This document shows positions 9,345-19,336 of a stretch of DNA of 64,000 bases, in pieces. The stretch is taken from the IMG/VR virus record IMGVR_UViG_3300011116_000796, positions 55,655 through 119,654 of that record; one strand, written 5' to 3'. A model generated the notes under the pieces. That model searched no databases. It was not told where the DNA came from and was given only the letters and a program-made list of their open reading frames with translations. The position numbers and the translations under genes were made by a program. Numbering within the stretch: the first letter of the stretch is position 1; every line of letters begins with the position of its first letter. Origin of the DNA: a virus.

Positions 9345-12300
9345 ATGGCATCATACAATTCAGAGATATTTAACTCAGATCCCTACTACGACGATTTCAG
9401 TGAGAACAAGAAGTTTCTTCGGATCATGTTCCGTCCTGGATATGGTGTTCAGGCTAGAGAACTGACACAAATACAGACAATTCTTCAGAACCAAATAGAA
9501 AGATTTGGTAGTCATGTTTTTGAAGAAGGTAGTATGGTTCTTGATGGTAAAATTACGGTCAACAGTCTCAAGTTTGCCCGTGTATCTGGACTATCGGGAA
9601 CAAATGATGTAAATGATTTTGTTGGAACAACTATATTCTCCAATAATAGAGCAAAAGCAAAGATTGTCCACGCTGAGAGTGGGTATTCAGGATCTTCAAT
9701 CGACAATATTCCAGTCATTTTCTATGAATATCTTGAGGGAGGTACAGCGTTTGCGTTCGGAGATGAGATTGGTGGAACAGCACCGAACGGATCGTACATT
9801 AGTGCAAATGTCACAGGAAGTAATGTTGTTTATCCTGTTGGTAATTCATTAGTTGTATCGGTTGATAGGGGAGTTAGATTTGTAGAGGGATACTTTGTTC
9901 TTAATGACTTTCAGTCAATGGGTGCATACTCACTATCGGGTGCAGATGGTAGTCAGGTTCGTGTTTATGATCAGCCAACAACACGCCTTGGATTCGATGT
10001 TTCAAGAAAGTTTGTTCAGGCAGAAGACGACAGCACACTAAACGATCCTGCATATGGATCCTACAATTATAATGCGCCTGGAGCAGATCGATTTAAGATC
10101 GATTTGATGATATCACAGAAATCATTTACAGCGGCAGATACAAGTGCAACTGATAACTTCTCTAGAAAAGATTTTATAGAGTTCCTTCGGCTTGTTGATG
10201 GTAGTCCGATTAAGATCGAAAAGTATCCAGACTATGCATCTTTAGAAGATACTTTGGCTCGTAGAACATATGATGAATCAGGTAACTATACAGTAAGACC
10301 ATTTGAACTTACAGTTCAAAGTGGTCCAGGTATTACATCCGATGGTGCTACGGGAAATTTGTTTGCCGATCTTGAACCAGGAAAGGCTTATATCTTTGGG
10401 TATGAATTTGAAACTCAAGGAATCACTAGGCTTCCGATAGATGCAACAAGAGATTCAAGTCACGTTAGAACAGTTTCAGATTTGTATTTCAATCGTTCTC
10501 TTGGTCCATATTGCAGAGTTCAGTTTTCAGGCATGACAGGTAGTGTGACTGGAGGACAGCAGTTTAATGTGCAACCTCTTTATAGATTAAGTAGAGGCAT
10601 AAGTGGAGCATCACTTGATGTTATTGGCACAGCAAGAGTGAGATGGATAGAGCCGTATAATACCGCAAATGGTGTTTACAACCTACATCTATTCAATGTT
10701 GAAATGTCTGGCACCGCATCATTTGATGAAGTGACAAGAATAACTCCATTCTCCACAGGAATAACTCATGCATTTTCAGTCACTGGAAGTGATGGGCTTA
10801 TCAATTTGCAGAACAGCAATCTTCTATATGAATTTCCAACAGGTACCCGTGGTAAGACTGTCAATAGTGCCGATTATGCTATTGCAGGATTCTTCGAAGT
10901 TCAATTTGGCTCTGGAAATTTTCCAACCGTTGGGGCTGACGCAAAGTGCAGAGGAACATTAAACGTCACAGATTATACATCATCAGCATCAAATGTTTCA
11001 TTCTCAGTTCCAGCCGATTACACAAATCTTCCCGACGAAGATGTGTTTGCGTTTAATGTTCATGGTGTTGCAATAGGAGGAACGGCATATAGAACCTCAT
11101 CTCAAACACTTGATGTGACTCTAGAGGGTATTGGTGTAACACAAGGCGCAAGAGCGTATATTGTCACCAGTATAGACGTTTCAGCCATCAGCGGAAGTCA
11201 ACTAAGATCTAAAGTCAGAGATGTTATTGAGATGGGATCAACTGCGGGTGGATTCACTGGCCCCTTTAAGGGGCTAACTTCAGATCAATACGGAAATACA
11301 ATTTTATATCTTGGTGGAAAGGTTGATGTTGTCGAGGTACTTTCTATCACTGGAACAAAGGATGTTACATCACAACTAAAACAGTATTTCACATTTGATA
11401 GCGGACAGAGGGACAATCTTTATGATTGGTCTAGATTGATACTCTCATCAGGTGTTACAGGAGTAACTGGTCCATTCGAAGCAACCCTTGCAGTTTATAA
11501 TAGAACAGGAGTCAGGGGACCATTCACAGTAAACTCGTATCCTGCACCATATTCGGAAATTCCATCATACACAAGTAGAACAACAGGTAAAAGATATGAC
11601 CTTGCTGATGTTATTGACTTTAGACCAGATCGTGGAACGAGCGGAAACATAATCGGTTACCCTTGGTTTCCAATAAATACAGCGGCGAATGATCAAACAT
11701 TCTCCTATGAGCACTATCTTCCAAGAACAGACAAAATTGTTCTGACTAGAGACAGAAAGTTTTCTGTTGTCAAAGGAATTCCTAGTCTAGACGCTCAGAC
11801 TCCTCCCGACGATCCAAATTCTATGACATTGTACTCTGTTACAATAAACCCTTACACATTCGATCAAAAAGATGTGTCTGTGCGGTTTATTGAGAACAAG
11901 AGATACACCATGAGAGACATCGGTGATCTTGAGAAAAGAATTGAAGCGGTTGAGTATTACACCACGTTATCATTACTTGAGCAAGAAGCGAAATCTCTTT
12001 CCATAGTCGATGGAAACAATTTAGAGATTCCGAAGAAGGGAATTTTAGTAGATCAATTTAAGGGTCACAACATTGGTGATATTTCAAATCCAATGTATAA
12101 GGCATCAATTGACTTCGAAAGAAATGAATTGCGTCCTCCGTTTGTTGCTAGAGCATTTGGAATTACAGGACCGATAGAGTCATCGGGTATTACAACATCT
12201 TATGATGGAATAGTTACCCTTGATTATACAACTACTGTAGAAGTTTCTCAGCCACTTGCCACAAGCACGTTCACAATAAACCCGTCTAGTGTTTTTAATT

Positions 12301-14288
12301 ACCTCGGTGTATTGAAATTAAATCCATCAGCAGACTTCTGGTTTGATACCTCAACTACAGCATCAGTAAAAGTGAATGTTGATGGTGAAAATGATGCGTG
12401 GCAATTTGGTTCTGGATTTGGAACACAATGGAATGATTGGGAATCAATCTGGTACGGTAGAGAAATTGCAAGCGAAAGCAATACAAAACAGAATATTATT
12501 GATACTAGAAACTCAGTTGTTGCAGGAACAAAGGGAATAAGCCTCGGCAATACATTTAAGTCGGGAACACCTGAAGGAGTCAAGAGAAAGTCGGTCTCAA
12601 GGGTAATCCGTAAAGATGTAGTTCCTTTCATGCGAGATCGTCAAATTGAGATGAATGCAAAGGGTCTCAAACCAAACACTAAATTCTATGTTTTCTTAGA
12701 TGATGTGAATATCACACCATATTGCACAGGTGGCTCACAAATTACATCGAATCTTGGCGAAGTGAATTCTTTGAAATACCTAATGAGCCAAGATCAAGAG
12801 AACCATTTCCTATCTGGCCGAAGAGTTTTCAGAATCACAGACAGTGAAACTAATGATCCGAGGAATTCTTCGATGGCTGCGGACGCAATTTTCAATTCGT
12901 CTGGAGCGATTGATACACTAAACGAAGATGGGATATTGTCAACAAGATCTGCAATAACAAGAAGAAGATCTGTTAAGACAAACAAGATACAATCGAATCT
13001 GACAGAGTTGTTATCAACAGATTTCTTCGGATTCACAGAGCCGCTAAGTCAAACATTCTTTATCGATCCAGTTAAGTATGCAAACGGAATCTTTGTGAAG
13101 AAGATTGGAATTTCATTTGCAACGAAAGATCAGGATGCGACATCATCAGTCACTCTTTTATTGAAACCGACTCAATCGGGATACCCGCATCCGTCTAAGG
13201 TGATGCCGTTTGGAGAAACCACTGTATACTCTTCGAATATAACAACATCTTCAAACGGAGCAACTGAGACAAACTTTGAATTCACAAGTCCAATATATCT
13301 TTTGCCTGGTGCAGAGTATTCCATTTCTCTGGTGTCGAATAGTAACCAATACACAGTATTTGGAGCATCAGTCGGTCAAAATATAATCAAACTATCAGAG
13401 TCTGAAACTGATATCAAAGCATCAAAACAACCAGGAGTGAGAAGTTTGTTTTTACCTCAGAATAGCGGAACATTGAGTAAGAAAGAAAATGATTCGATCA
13501 AATTCTCTATTCATGCATGTAAGTTCTCACCGCAGGCAGGAAACATCAAATATGAAAATTTGAGTGAGAACTACGGATCAAACACGTTTTTCGATCTGAT
13601 GAGGTTCAATGCCAATCAAATAATTCCTTCAAACACTTCAATCTCATTCAGTGAAAGAGGTTTGTTGGAAGATATAAATGGATCGTTTAAATCTATACAG
13701 GCAAACAAAAATATCGACAGACCATCCGACAAGTCATCAAGAAATATGGGAACAGGAAAGTTCTCAGAAATTTTGGTGAATATGGTTGGAAATCTATATG
13801 TTTCGCCGGTTCTCGACACACAGACAACCAACTATGTTGTTGTTGCAAATCAGATAAACAACAATAATGTGATCGCAACCAACCTTGAGTTATTTCCAAC
13901 AAATTTGGGTGCTACTGCTCCAAGTGAGGCAAGGTACATCACTAAACAAGTGACACTTGAGCCTGGATTTGAAGGTACGAATGTTCACGTTCAAATGTCA
14001 TTGTGCAATCCTTACGACTCAAGCATACAAGTCTTTGTTCGCCCACTTCCTGTCGGTGAAGGCGACTTCAGTAGCATAGGATACAAACAACTCACAAGCA
14101 ACGATTCTGGATATTCACAAAACTTTAATGATTTCCGTGAAGTTATGTACACAAGCACAGGATTAAATCTATCAAAGTTTAGAGCATTCTCTATTAAGAT
14201 TGTAATGTATTCAAGTAGCACATCAACACTTCCTAGTGATCCACGTTCACTTCCTAGAATCAAAAATCTGAGAATAGTTGCAACATGA
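9345..14288 (+). CDS. Large structural protein, VrlC/DUF4815-like
   Basis: N..PYYDDF....FLRIMFRPG..VQARELTQIQTILQNQIERFG, APGADR, LARRTYDESGNY, RYTMRDIG.LEKRI..VEYYT.LSLLE motifs of T4-like cyanophage VrlC proteins. Confidence 0.88.
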   Translation: MASYNSEIFNSDPYYDDFSENKKFLRIMFRPGYGVQARELTQIQTILQNQIERFGSHVFEEGSMVLDGKITVNSLKFARVSGLSGTNDVNDFVGTTIFSNNRAKAKIVHAESGYSGSSIDNIPVIFYEYLEGGTAFAFGDEIGGTAPNGSYISANVTGSNVVYPVGNSLVVSVDRGVRFVEGYFVLNDFQSMGAYSLSGADGSQVRVYDQPTTRLGFDVSRKFVQAEDDSTLNDPAYGSYNYNAPGADRFKIDLMISQKSFTAADTSATDNFSRKDFIEFLRLVDGSPIKIEKYPDYASLEDTLARRTYDESGNYTVRPFELTVQSGPGITSDGATGNLFADLEPGKAYIFGYEFETQGITRLPIDATRDSSHVRTVSDLYFNRSLGPYCRVQFSGMTGSVTGGQQFNVQPLYRLSRGISGASLDVIGTARVRWIEPYNTANGVYNLHLFNVEMSGTASFDEVTRITPFSTGITHAFSVTGSDGLINLQNSNLLYEFPTGTRGKTVNSADYAIAGFFEVQFGSGNFPTVGADAKCRGTLNVTDYTSSASNVSFSVPADYTNLPDEDVFAFNVHGVAIGGTAYRTSSQTLDVTLEGIGVTQGARAYIVTSIDVSAISGSQLRSKVRDVIEMGSTAGGFTGPFKGLTSDQYGNTILYLGGKVDVVEVLSITGTKDVTSQLKQYFTFDSGQRDNLYDWSRLILSSGVTGVTGPFEATLAVYNRTGVRGPFTVNSYPAPYSEIPSYTSRTTGKRYDLADVIDFRPDRGTSGNIIGYPWFPINTAANDQTFSYEHYLPRTDKIVLTRDRKFSVVKGIPSLDAQTPPDDPNSMTLYSVTINPYTFDQKDVSVRFIENKRYTMRDIGDLEKRIEAVEYYTTLSLLEQEAKSLSIVDGNNLEIPKKGILVDQFKGHNIGDISNPMYKASIDFERNELRPPFVARAFGITGPIESSGITTSYDGIVTLDYTTTVEVSQPLATSTFTINPSSVFNYLGVLKLNPSADFWFDTSTTASVKVNVDGENDAWQFGSGFGTQWNDWESIWYGREIASESNTKQNIIDTRNSVVAGTKGISLGNTFKSGTPEGVKRKSVSRVIRKDVVPFMRDRQIEMNAKGLKPNTKFYVFLDDVNITPYCTGGSQITSNLGEVNSLKYLMSQDQENHFLSGRRVFRITDSETNDPRNSSMAADAIFNSSGAIDTLNEDGILSTRSAITRRRSVKTNKIQSNLTELLSTDFFGFTEPLSQTFFIDPVKYANGIFVKKIGISFATKDQDATSSVTLLLKPTQSGYPHPSKVMPFGETTVYSSNITTSSNGATETNFEFTSPIYLLPGAEYSISLVSNSNQYTVFGASVGQNIIKLSESETDIKASKQPGVRSLFLPQNSGTLSKKENDSIKFSIHACKFSPQAGNIKYENLSENYGSNTFFDLMRFNANQIIPSNTSISFSERGLLEDINGSFKSIQANKNIDRPSDKSSRNMGTGKFSEILVNMVGNLYVSPVLDTQTTNYVVVANQINNNNVIATNLELFPTNLGATAPSEARYITKQVTLEPGFEGTNVHVQMSLCNPYDSSIQVFVRPLPVGEGDFSSIGYKQLTSNDSGYSQNFNDFREVMYTSTGLNLSKFRAFSIKIVMYSSSTSTLPSDPRSLPRIKNLRIVAT

Positions 14289-14482
14289 AAGTCCCTGTAA
14301 AGAACAACAGAATGGTTCGTGACATGTCGAACAGTGCAATTCTGTCTATTGACATCGATTCGATCAAAGAATATGAAGACCGATGCAGAAAAATTCAAAC
14401 AGATAAAGATCGACTAAATAGGCTAGAACAAGAGGTTTTGCAACTTCGCATGATAATAGAAGAAATAAGGAATAAACCATAA
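14285..14482 (+). CDS. Small coiled-coil protein commonly following VrlC-like genes
   Basis: 65 aa, VRD..NSAIL motif and C-terminal coiled coil; ATGA/TAATG coupling on both sides. Confidence 0.75.
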   Translation: MKVPVKNNRMVRDMSNSAILSIDIDSIKEYEDRCRKIQTDKDRLNRLEQEVLQLRMIIEEIRNKP

Positions 14483-17400
14483 TGGCTTGCACCTGTACTG
14501 GTAACTGCGATTTAATCAACATAGACAATCTTGTTCTATCGGATACATTTTACACATGGTACGACAGAACAAATGAAATAATCGACGCTATAAATCCTCT
14601 GCAAGTTTATGATATTAACGTAGGCATAACTGATGGTGGTTTGACGATGCATAGCACTTGTGTCGATGGTGACACAAGCGGTGTTTATACCATAAAGGTC
14701 TTGCCCGGTCCAGGCATAGGAGTTGGGACAACTGTAACACCGAATTATTATTTAAGCCACACTATGATCGATGTTTCGAAGATGTTGATTATAGGTGCAA
14801 CTGGATATTCAGATGCAGTAGTGTCAAACAGAAACACAGATTCATTCCCATCTGTAAATGATTGGTTTATCGTTAGTGATACTAGAGACAACAGACTTGG
14901 ATCAGGCGCAGGAACGCCCAAGAGAGTTCGTGCGGAGCAAATTTTACCCCCTACCGTATATCTTCCGCCAGGATTTCAATTTAACGGAAACGTATCGATT
15001 AATGGTAATCTGAGTGTTCAAGGTACGGCATCAAATGTTGATTCCAACGATCTCAGAATTGAAGATAAACTAATTGAAATTGCATACCATAGATTGGTAA
15101 GTATTGATGTCACGGGACCAACATACGCAGGGGCATTTCCAGCACAGGGTGCCACGTTCTACTATTATGATGCGGGAGTTACAAACCTTGCAGCATATAC
15201 GACGGTAGGACAAATTAGTGAAGTCAATTTCTTAGGTAAATACACTAATCTCAAACTCCACAACTTCGTCGCTGGTGGTGTGAATGATATCGTTGCCGGT
15301 GGCGCAATTAGTATCACTGGTGCTACATTTGATTTCTTCATGGTTGCGGGACCAACTACAACCGAAGCATTATTCACAGATGTTGATCTTGATGAAGCAG
15401 GACTTGTTGTTCGTGGTGCCGAAGGTAACAAAGAATTCATTTGGGTTAATTCTCAAGGTCCAGACAACGTCATTTACAATTCATTTGTCACCAACACTAA
15501 TCTTGGAGTTAGTGGGGATTCAAATTCGGTCATATCTTCTAGATTCCGCTCGTTCGGGTATGGATCAAGTAATACGAACAATAATAAGTTCCATTTTGTT
15601 GGAGATAACGGTGCACCGCCATCTATCAGACTCGGTGGCCTTGGAACGGGAGGCGACCAATACGGTTATTGGAGTGTCACAAGACAAAACTACGGTCTTA
15701 CCACCAGTCAGCAGCCACTTGTATTTGGATTCAAACAGCATCTTGGATCTGGAGAAACATCATCATTTACCATTTGGTCAGGAGCATCTGGTCCAACATA
15801 CCCCTCTATAACAGTTTTAGGACAGACCGGAAATAGAGTAAATAATTTTGCACAAAGTTTAAATGTCGATTTCTTGGACGGTGCTCACGGTACAACTATG
15901 CCAACTGCTTGGTCGATTCCAATCGCACTTGCAGATGGAACAATTGATCCGGGTTGGATTGATAATGAACTTGAAGCACTAGATAAATGCTATGCCTTGT
16001 CAGGACACAGTTTCAATATCGGTGATGTGATTAGACTGAATCCCGATACTGGAACAATGACTGCCGCAATTGCAACTAGTCGAGAAACTGCTGAAGTCTT
16101 GGGAATTGTGAGTGGTGTTCCCGACGCAGACAATTTCTGCATTATTGCAAATGGATTTATAAGCAATTTGACTGGTCCTCCAGGAAGTAATATATCAGAC
16201 ATTTTGCCTCTCGTAACAGGTCATGCATACTTTCTAAGCGCAGATGATGCTGGTGCATTGATCTTGAATCCCGATTCGGGAGCACACCAATTAGAACTTG
16301 GGGAAGTGAGAAAACCAATTCTTGTCGCTCTTGGACCAGATAGCGGATATATTCACAACTATCTCGGGGCAGTTGAAGGGGAAGAGACCGATATTGTTGA
16401 TGTTCAAGGAGTTGTTCCAGTTGGAACTATTTCTCCCTACATGGGACTCCTTTCTGCCATACCATCAGGATGGCTGCTCTGTGATGGAAGTAGACTTGAA
16501 AAATCACTTTGGCCAGAACTATTTGCAGTTATTGGTCAAGCAAATGAAACAAATGCTCTTGTCAGTGTTCCTCCAGATGCTGATAATGATCCAATAGTAT
16601 TTGATCTCAATGGGGGAAATAAAGGATTCCTTGTAGGAGATGCAATTACAGTAGAAACATTAGGAATAAATGGTGTTCCAATTACAGAAGATAGTGTTGT
16701 TACATCAGTAGACAATACAACACAAAAAATTACAGTTTCGGGATGGACATGGTTTGGCACTGACTGGGAATCTGCGGATTCCGGTAAATTCAAAATTCGT
16801 GGAAGAATAAGCAGTGATATTAGTGAGACTAGTGTATTCCTGCTACCCGATGCAAGACAAAAATTTCTTCTTGGTGCATCAAAAAATACTAATTATCCCG
16901 ACAGATTATCAATTTTCCCAAATGCACCGATTTCTGGTATAAGTCAACTTGGAACTCCAATTTTAGATGGAATTCCTGTTGGTTACCACGGTGGTGATCA
17001 AACGATCACTCTCAAGGAAAATGAAATACCAGAGCACACACATAGACTTTCTAGAATTTCGATTGGCGCAACCTCCGGACTAGATCCAATGACATCTATC
17101 GGTGGGCATTTCGTGAATTCAAATATAAGTGCTCGACAGTCAGCCCTAGCAAATCAGGCATCCGACAGGTTCTTCACTGCCCGTGGACCTCACAATACAC
17201 CTGTATTCGGAAATGCTGCACACAGCAATGTTCCTGAATTCGTTGCGGTGTACTGGATAATTAGGGCAAGAAGAGGCATTTCTGCCATGATCTTGAGCGG
17301 TCATAATCACGATGATCGTTATATTAGACATGACGGAAATCAGACAGGACTAACGGCTACAGGTAGAAATACATTCAGAAATAATGCCAAGGTGCTTTCT

Positions 17401-18450
17401 AATGGTCATGATGGACCAGACACATTCCACTCTACACTCACAGTCACAGGTGGAATTGTTGTTGGTGTAAACAACACATCTTACTTAAATGTTCTTTCTC
17501 ATGCATCATTTGCTGCATCTGCAACATTCTCAAGTCAATTCTCAATAGCAAGAGATTCAGGCACAATTGTGTCTCCTGTTGATGATTCTTCTTGTAAACT
17601 TCAAGTTCTTTCGAAGCCAAGTATTCTAAACAAGAATTCTGAGTTGTACGTTGCAAATGGGTACTCAGGACAATCGTATACAGACATTTCCAATTTGTTA
17701 TCGGGCGCACCACAAGCAGCATTCTCAAATGCTGCGATCAAGGTTCACGGAGGAAATGATAATCGTTCTTCTATAGTCATATTCAACGATAATGCAGATG
17801 GGAATGCACGGGATAAAATGTCTCTGCAATTCTGGGGAAATGCTCAAACTGGATCAACAATAAATGCTAAATTTGCAGGCGCAATACAAGGTGTGGTTGA
17901 TTCGGGACTTGAGGGAAATCCAAGTCAAATATTGAGAAAAGTTGTTCTTCAAATTGGTGGAATTAATTCTGCACCAAATACGCCAACTGATGTTATGTCA
18001 ATCGAAAGATCCTCTGATAATCCTAGTTCGATTGATGTTAGATTTAGCACTGGAGTTCCAGAAGTTTCTGATGGTACACATTTTCCTGTTCTGATTGATG
18101 GAACTGGTAAATTAAGTCAATCAACATCTAAACATGGTTTTATGCAAATTGTTGGTAGAGCAGAATGTTCTTTGAACGGTACTGCTCTAACCTCTGTCCT
18201 CAAAGGTGATATAGAAAGTGTAACGAGAACAACCATCGGTAAATTTACTGTAACTATGAAAGCGGCGGTGTTCTCCAATAACGATTTTGGAGTTATATGT
18301 TCTGGTGGTGGATCTAACAATGGATTGGCTGTTAGCAGTAAATCATACAACACAACAACTCAAAAAGCATCTTTTGAAGTTGTGTGCAAATCATCAACAA
18401 CCTTATATGCGGATCCGACCGAGGGATTCGAAATATTTGTAACAACATAA
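14482..18450 (+). CDS. Tail fibre protein with tail-collar domain
   Basis: SDTFYTWYDRTNEI N-terminal baseplate-attachment motif; collar motif PVGTISPY.G...PSGWLLCDG......WPELFAVIG; FLLPD; His motifs PEHTH, GHNHDDRY. Confidence 0.85.
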   Translation: MACTCTGNCDLINIDNLVLSDTFYTWYDRTNEIIDAINPLQVYDINVGITDGGLTMHSTCVDGDTSGVYTIKVLPGPGIGVGTTVTPNYYLSHTMIDVSKMLIIGATGYSDAVVSNRNTDSFPSVNDWFIVSDTRDNRLGSGAGTPKRVRAEQILPPTVYLPPGFQFNGNVSINGNLSVQGTASNVDSNDLRIEDKLIEIAYHRLVSIDVTGPTYAGAFPAQGATFYYYDAGVTNLAAYTTVGQISEVNFLGKYTNLKLHNFVAGGVNDIVAGGAISITGATFDFFMVAGPTTTEALFTDVDLDEAGLVVRGAEGNKEFIWVNSQGPDNVIYNSFVTNTNLGVSGDSNSVISSRFRSFGYGSSNTNNNKFHFVGDNGAPPSIRLGGLGTGGDQYGYWSVTRQNYGLTTSQQPLVFGFKQHLGSGETSSFTIWSGASGPTYPSITVLGQTGNRVNNFAQSLNVDFLDGAHGTTMPTAWSIPIALADGTIDPGWIDNELEALDKCYALSGHSFNIGDVIRLNPDTGTMTAAIATSRETAEVLGIVSGVPDADNFCIIANGFISNLTGPPGSNISDILPLVTGHAYFLSADDAGALILNPDSGAHQLELGEVRKPILVALGPDSGYIHNYLGAVEGEETDIVDVQGVVPVGTISPYMGLLSAIPSGWLLCDGSRLEKSLWPELFAVIGQANETNALVSVPPDADNDPIVFDLNGGNKGFLVGDAITVETLGINGVPITEDSVVTSVDNTTQKITVSGWTWFGTDWESADSGKFKIRGRISSDISETSVFLLPDARQKFLLGASKNTNYPDRLSIFPNAPISGISQLGTPILDGIPVGYHGGDQTITLKENEIPEHTHRLSRISIGATSGLDPMTSIGGHFVNSNISARQSALANQASDRFFTARGPHNTPVFGNAAHSNVPEFVAVYWIIRARRGISAMILSGHNHDDRYIRHDGNQTGLTATGRNTFRNNAKVLSNGHDGPDTFHSTLTVTGGIVVGVNNTSYLNVLSHASFAASATFSSQFSIARDSGTIVSPVDDSSCKLQVLSKPSILNKNSELYVANGYSGQSYTDISNLLSGAPQAAFSNAAIKVHGGNDNRSSIVIFNDNADGNARDKMSLQFWGNAQTGSTINAKFAGAIQGVVDSGLEGNPSQILRKVVLQIGGINSAPNTPTDVMSIERSSDNPSSIDVRFSTGVPEVSDGTHFPVLIDGTGKLSQSTSKHGFMQIVGRAECSLNGTALTSVLKGDIESVTRTTIGKFTVTMKAAVFSNNDFGVICSGGGSNNGLAVSSKSYNTTTQKASFEVVCKSSTTLYADPTEGFEIFVTT

Positions 18451-18451
18451 C

Positions 18452-19327
18452 ATGACAACAACATCAACACAACCTTGCTGCGATAACTATGCGAAGTGGA
18501 AAAATTGGGGTCTAAACTCCAATACCACAAATGCTGAACAACAAATTGACAATTTCTCATTTGTCATGGGTAAAGATTTTCTTTGGTTCTATCGAACTTA
18601 TGTTTTGAAGTACGAAGAGTCTGTTTTGATTTGGAACGTATCTGAGAGTCAAACCATCAGATCAGAATTTCTTTTGGAAGAAGATAACTTCGCAATTCAG
18701 GTTGCAAGTGGTATTTTTCAAGAAATTGTTAAGAGGGAACCAAAAATATTAATAATTTTTACCGAATACAGTAGATCGAATTGGTCTGAAAGAGAGTGTT
18801 GTGAAAACGGAGGACCAAAAGGAAAACTGACTATTTTAAGAAACCTGATCGATAATATGTACAGTCGTGTTGTTCGGGAATGCGATAGAAGGACAAGAAA
18901 TAACGGGTTTCATTGCACCACAATTAAAGACTACTTAGCAAACTTGTTGTTGAGAATATCATTAGATTTTACTGATTCCCGTGGAACACCATTTAGATCG
19001 GCTGTGTTGTCTAAAACACCAAAAGACAATACTCCATCATCAGAACCAAATATTATACTTTCTGAAAGTGTTTGTTCTGATTTAGTAAATCAACTCAAAT
19101 CCCAACTTAAATCTGCTTCGGTTGATGCATTTCCGGATGAGTGTGAACTATGCTGTCCTATGACACCAATTTGTTATGATCAGATGAAACAAGTTCAGAA
19201 AAACATAGGTGATACAAATAGGAAAATTTCAGACACAATAGATAAATATTTGTCTCTGTGTGGTCCTAATTTACCAAGAAATCAAGAAGTTAATTTTGAT
19301 GAGACAAACTGGGAAAGATGGCAATAA
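18452..19327 (+). CDS. Cys-rich hypothetical protein
   Basis: 291-aa ORF with CC pairs (PCCD, ECCE, LCCP); 1 nt after the fibre gene stop. Confidence 0.75.
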   Translation: MTTTSTQPCCDNYAKWKNWGLNSNTTNAEQQIDNFSFVMGKDFLWFYRTYVLKYEESVLIWNVSESQTIRSEFLLEEDNFAIQVASGIFQEIVKREPKILIIFTEYSRSNWSERECCENGGPKGKLTILRNLIDNMYSRVVRECDRRTRNNGFHCTTIKDYLANLLLRISLDFTDSRGTPFRSAVLSKTPKDNTPSSEPNIILSESVCSDLVNQLKSQLKSASVDAFPDECELCCPMTPICYDQMKQVQKNIGDTNRKISDTIDKYLSLCGPNLPRNQEVNFDETNWERWQ

Positions 19328-19336
19328 GGTGCAAGA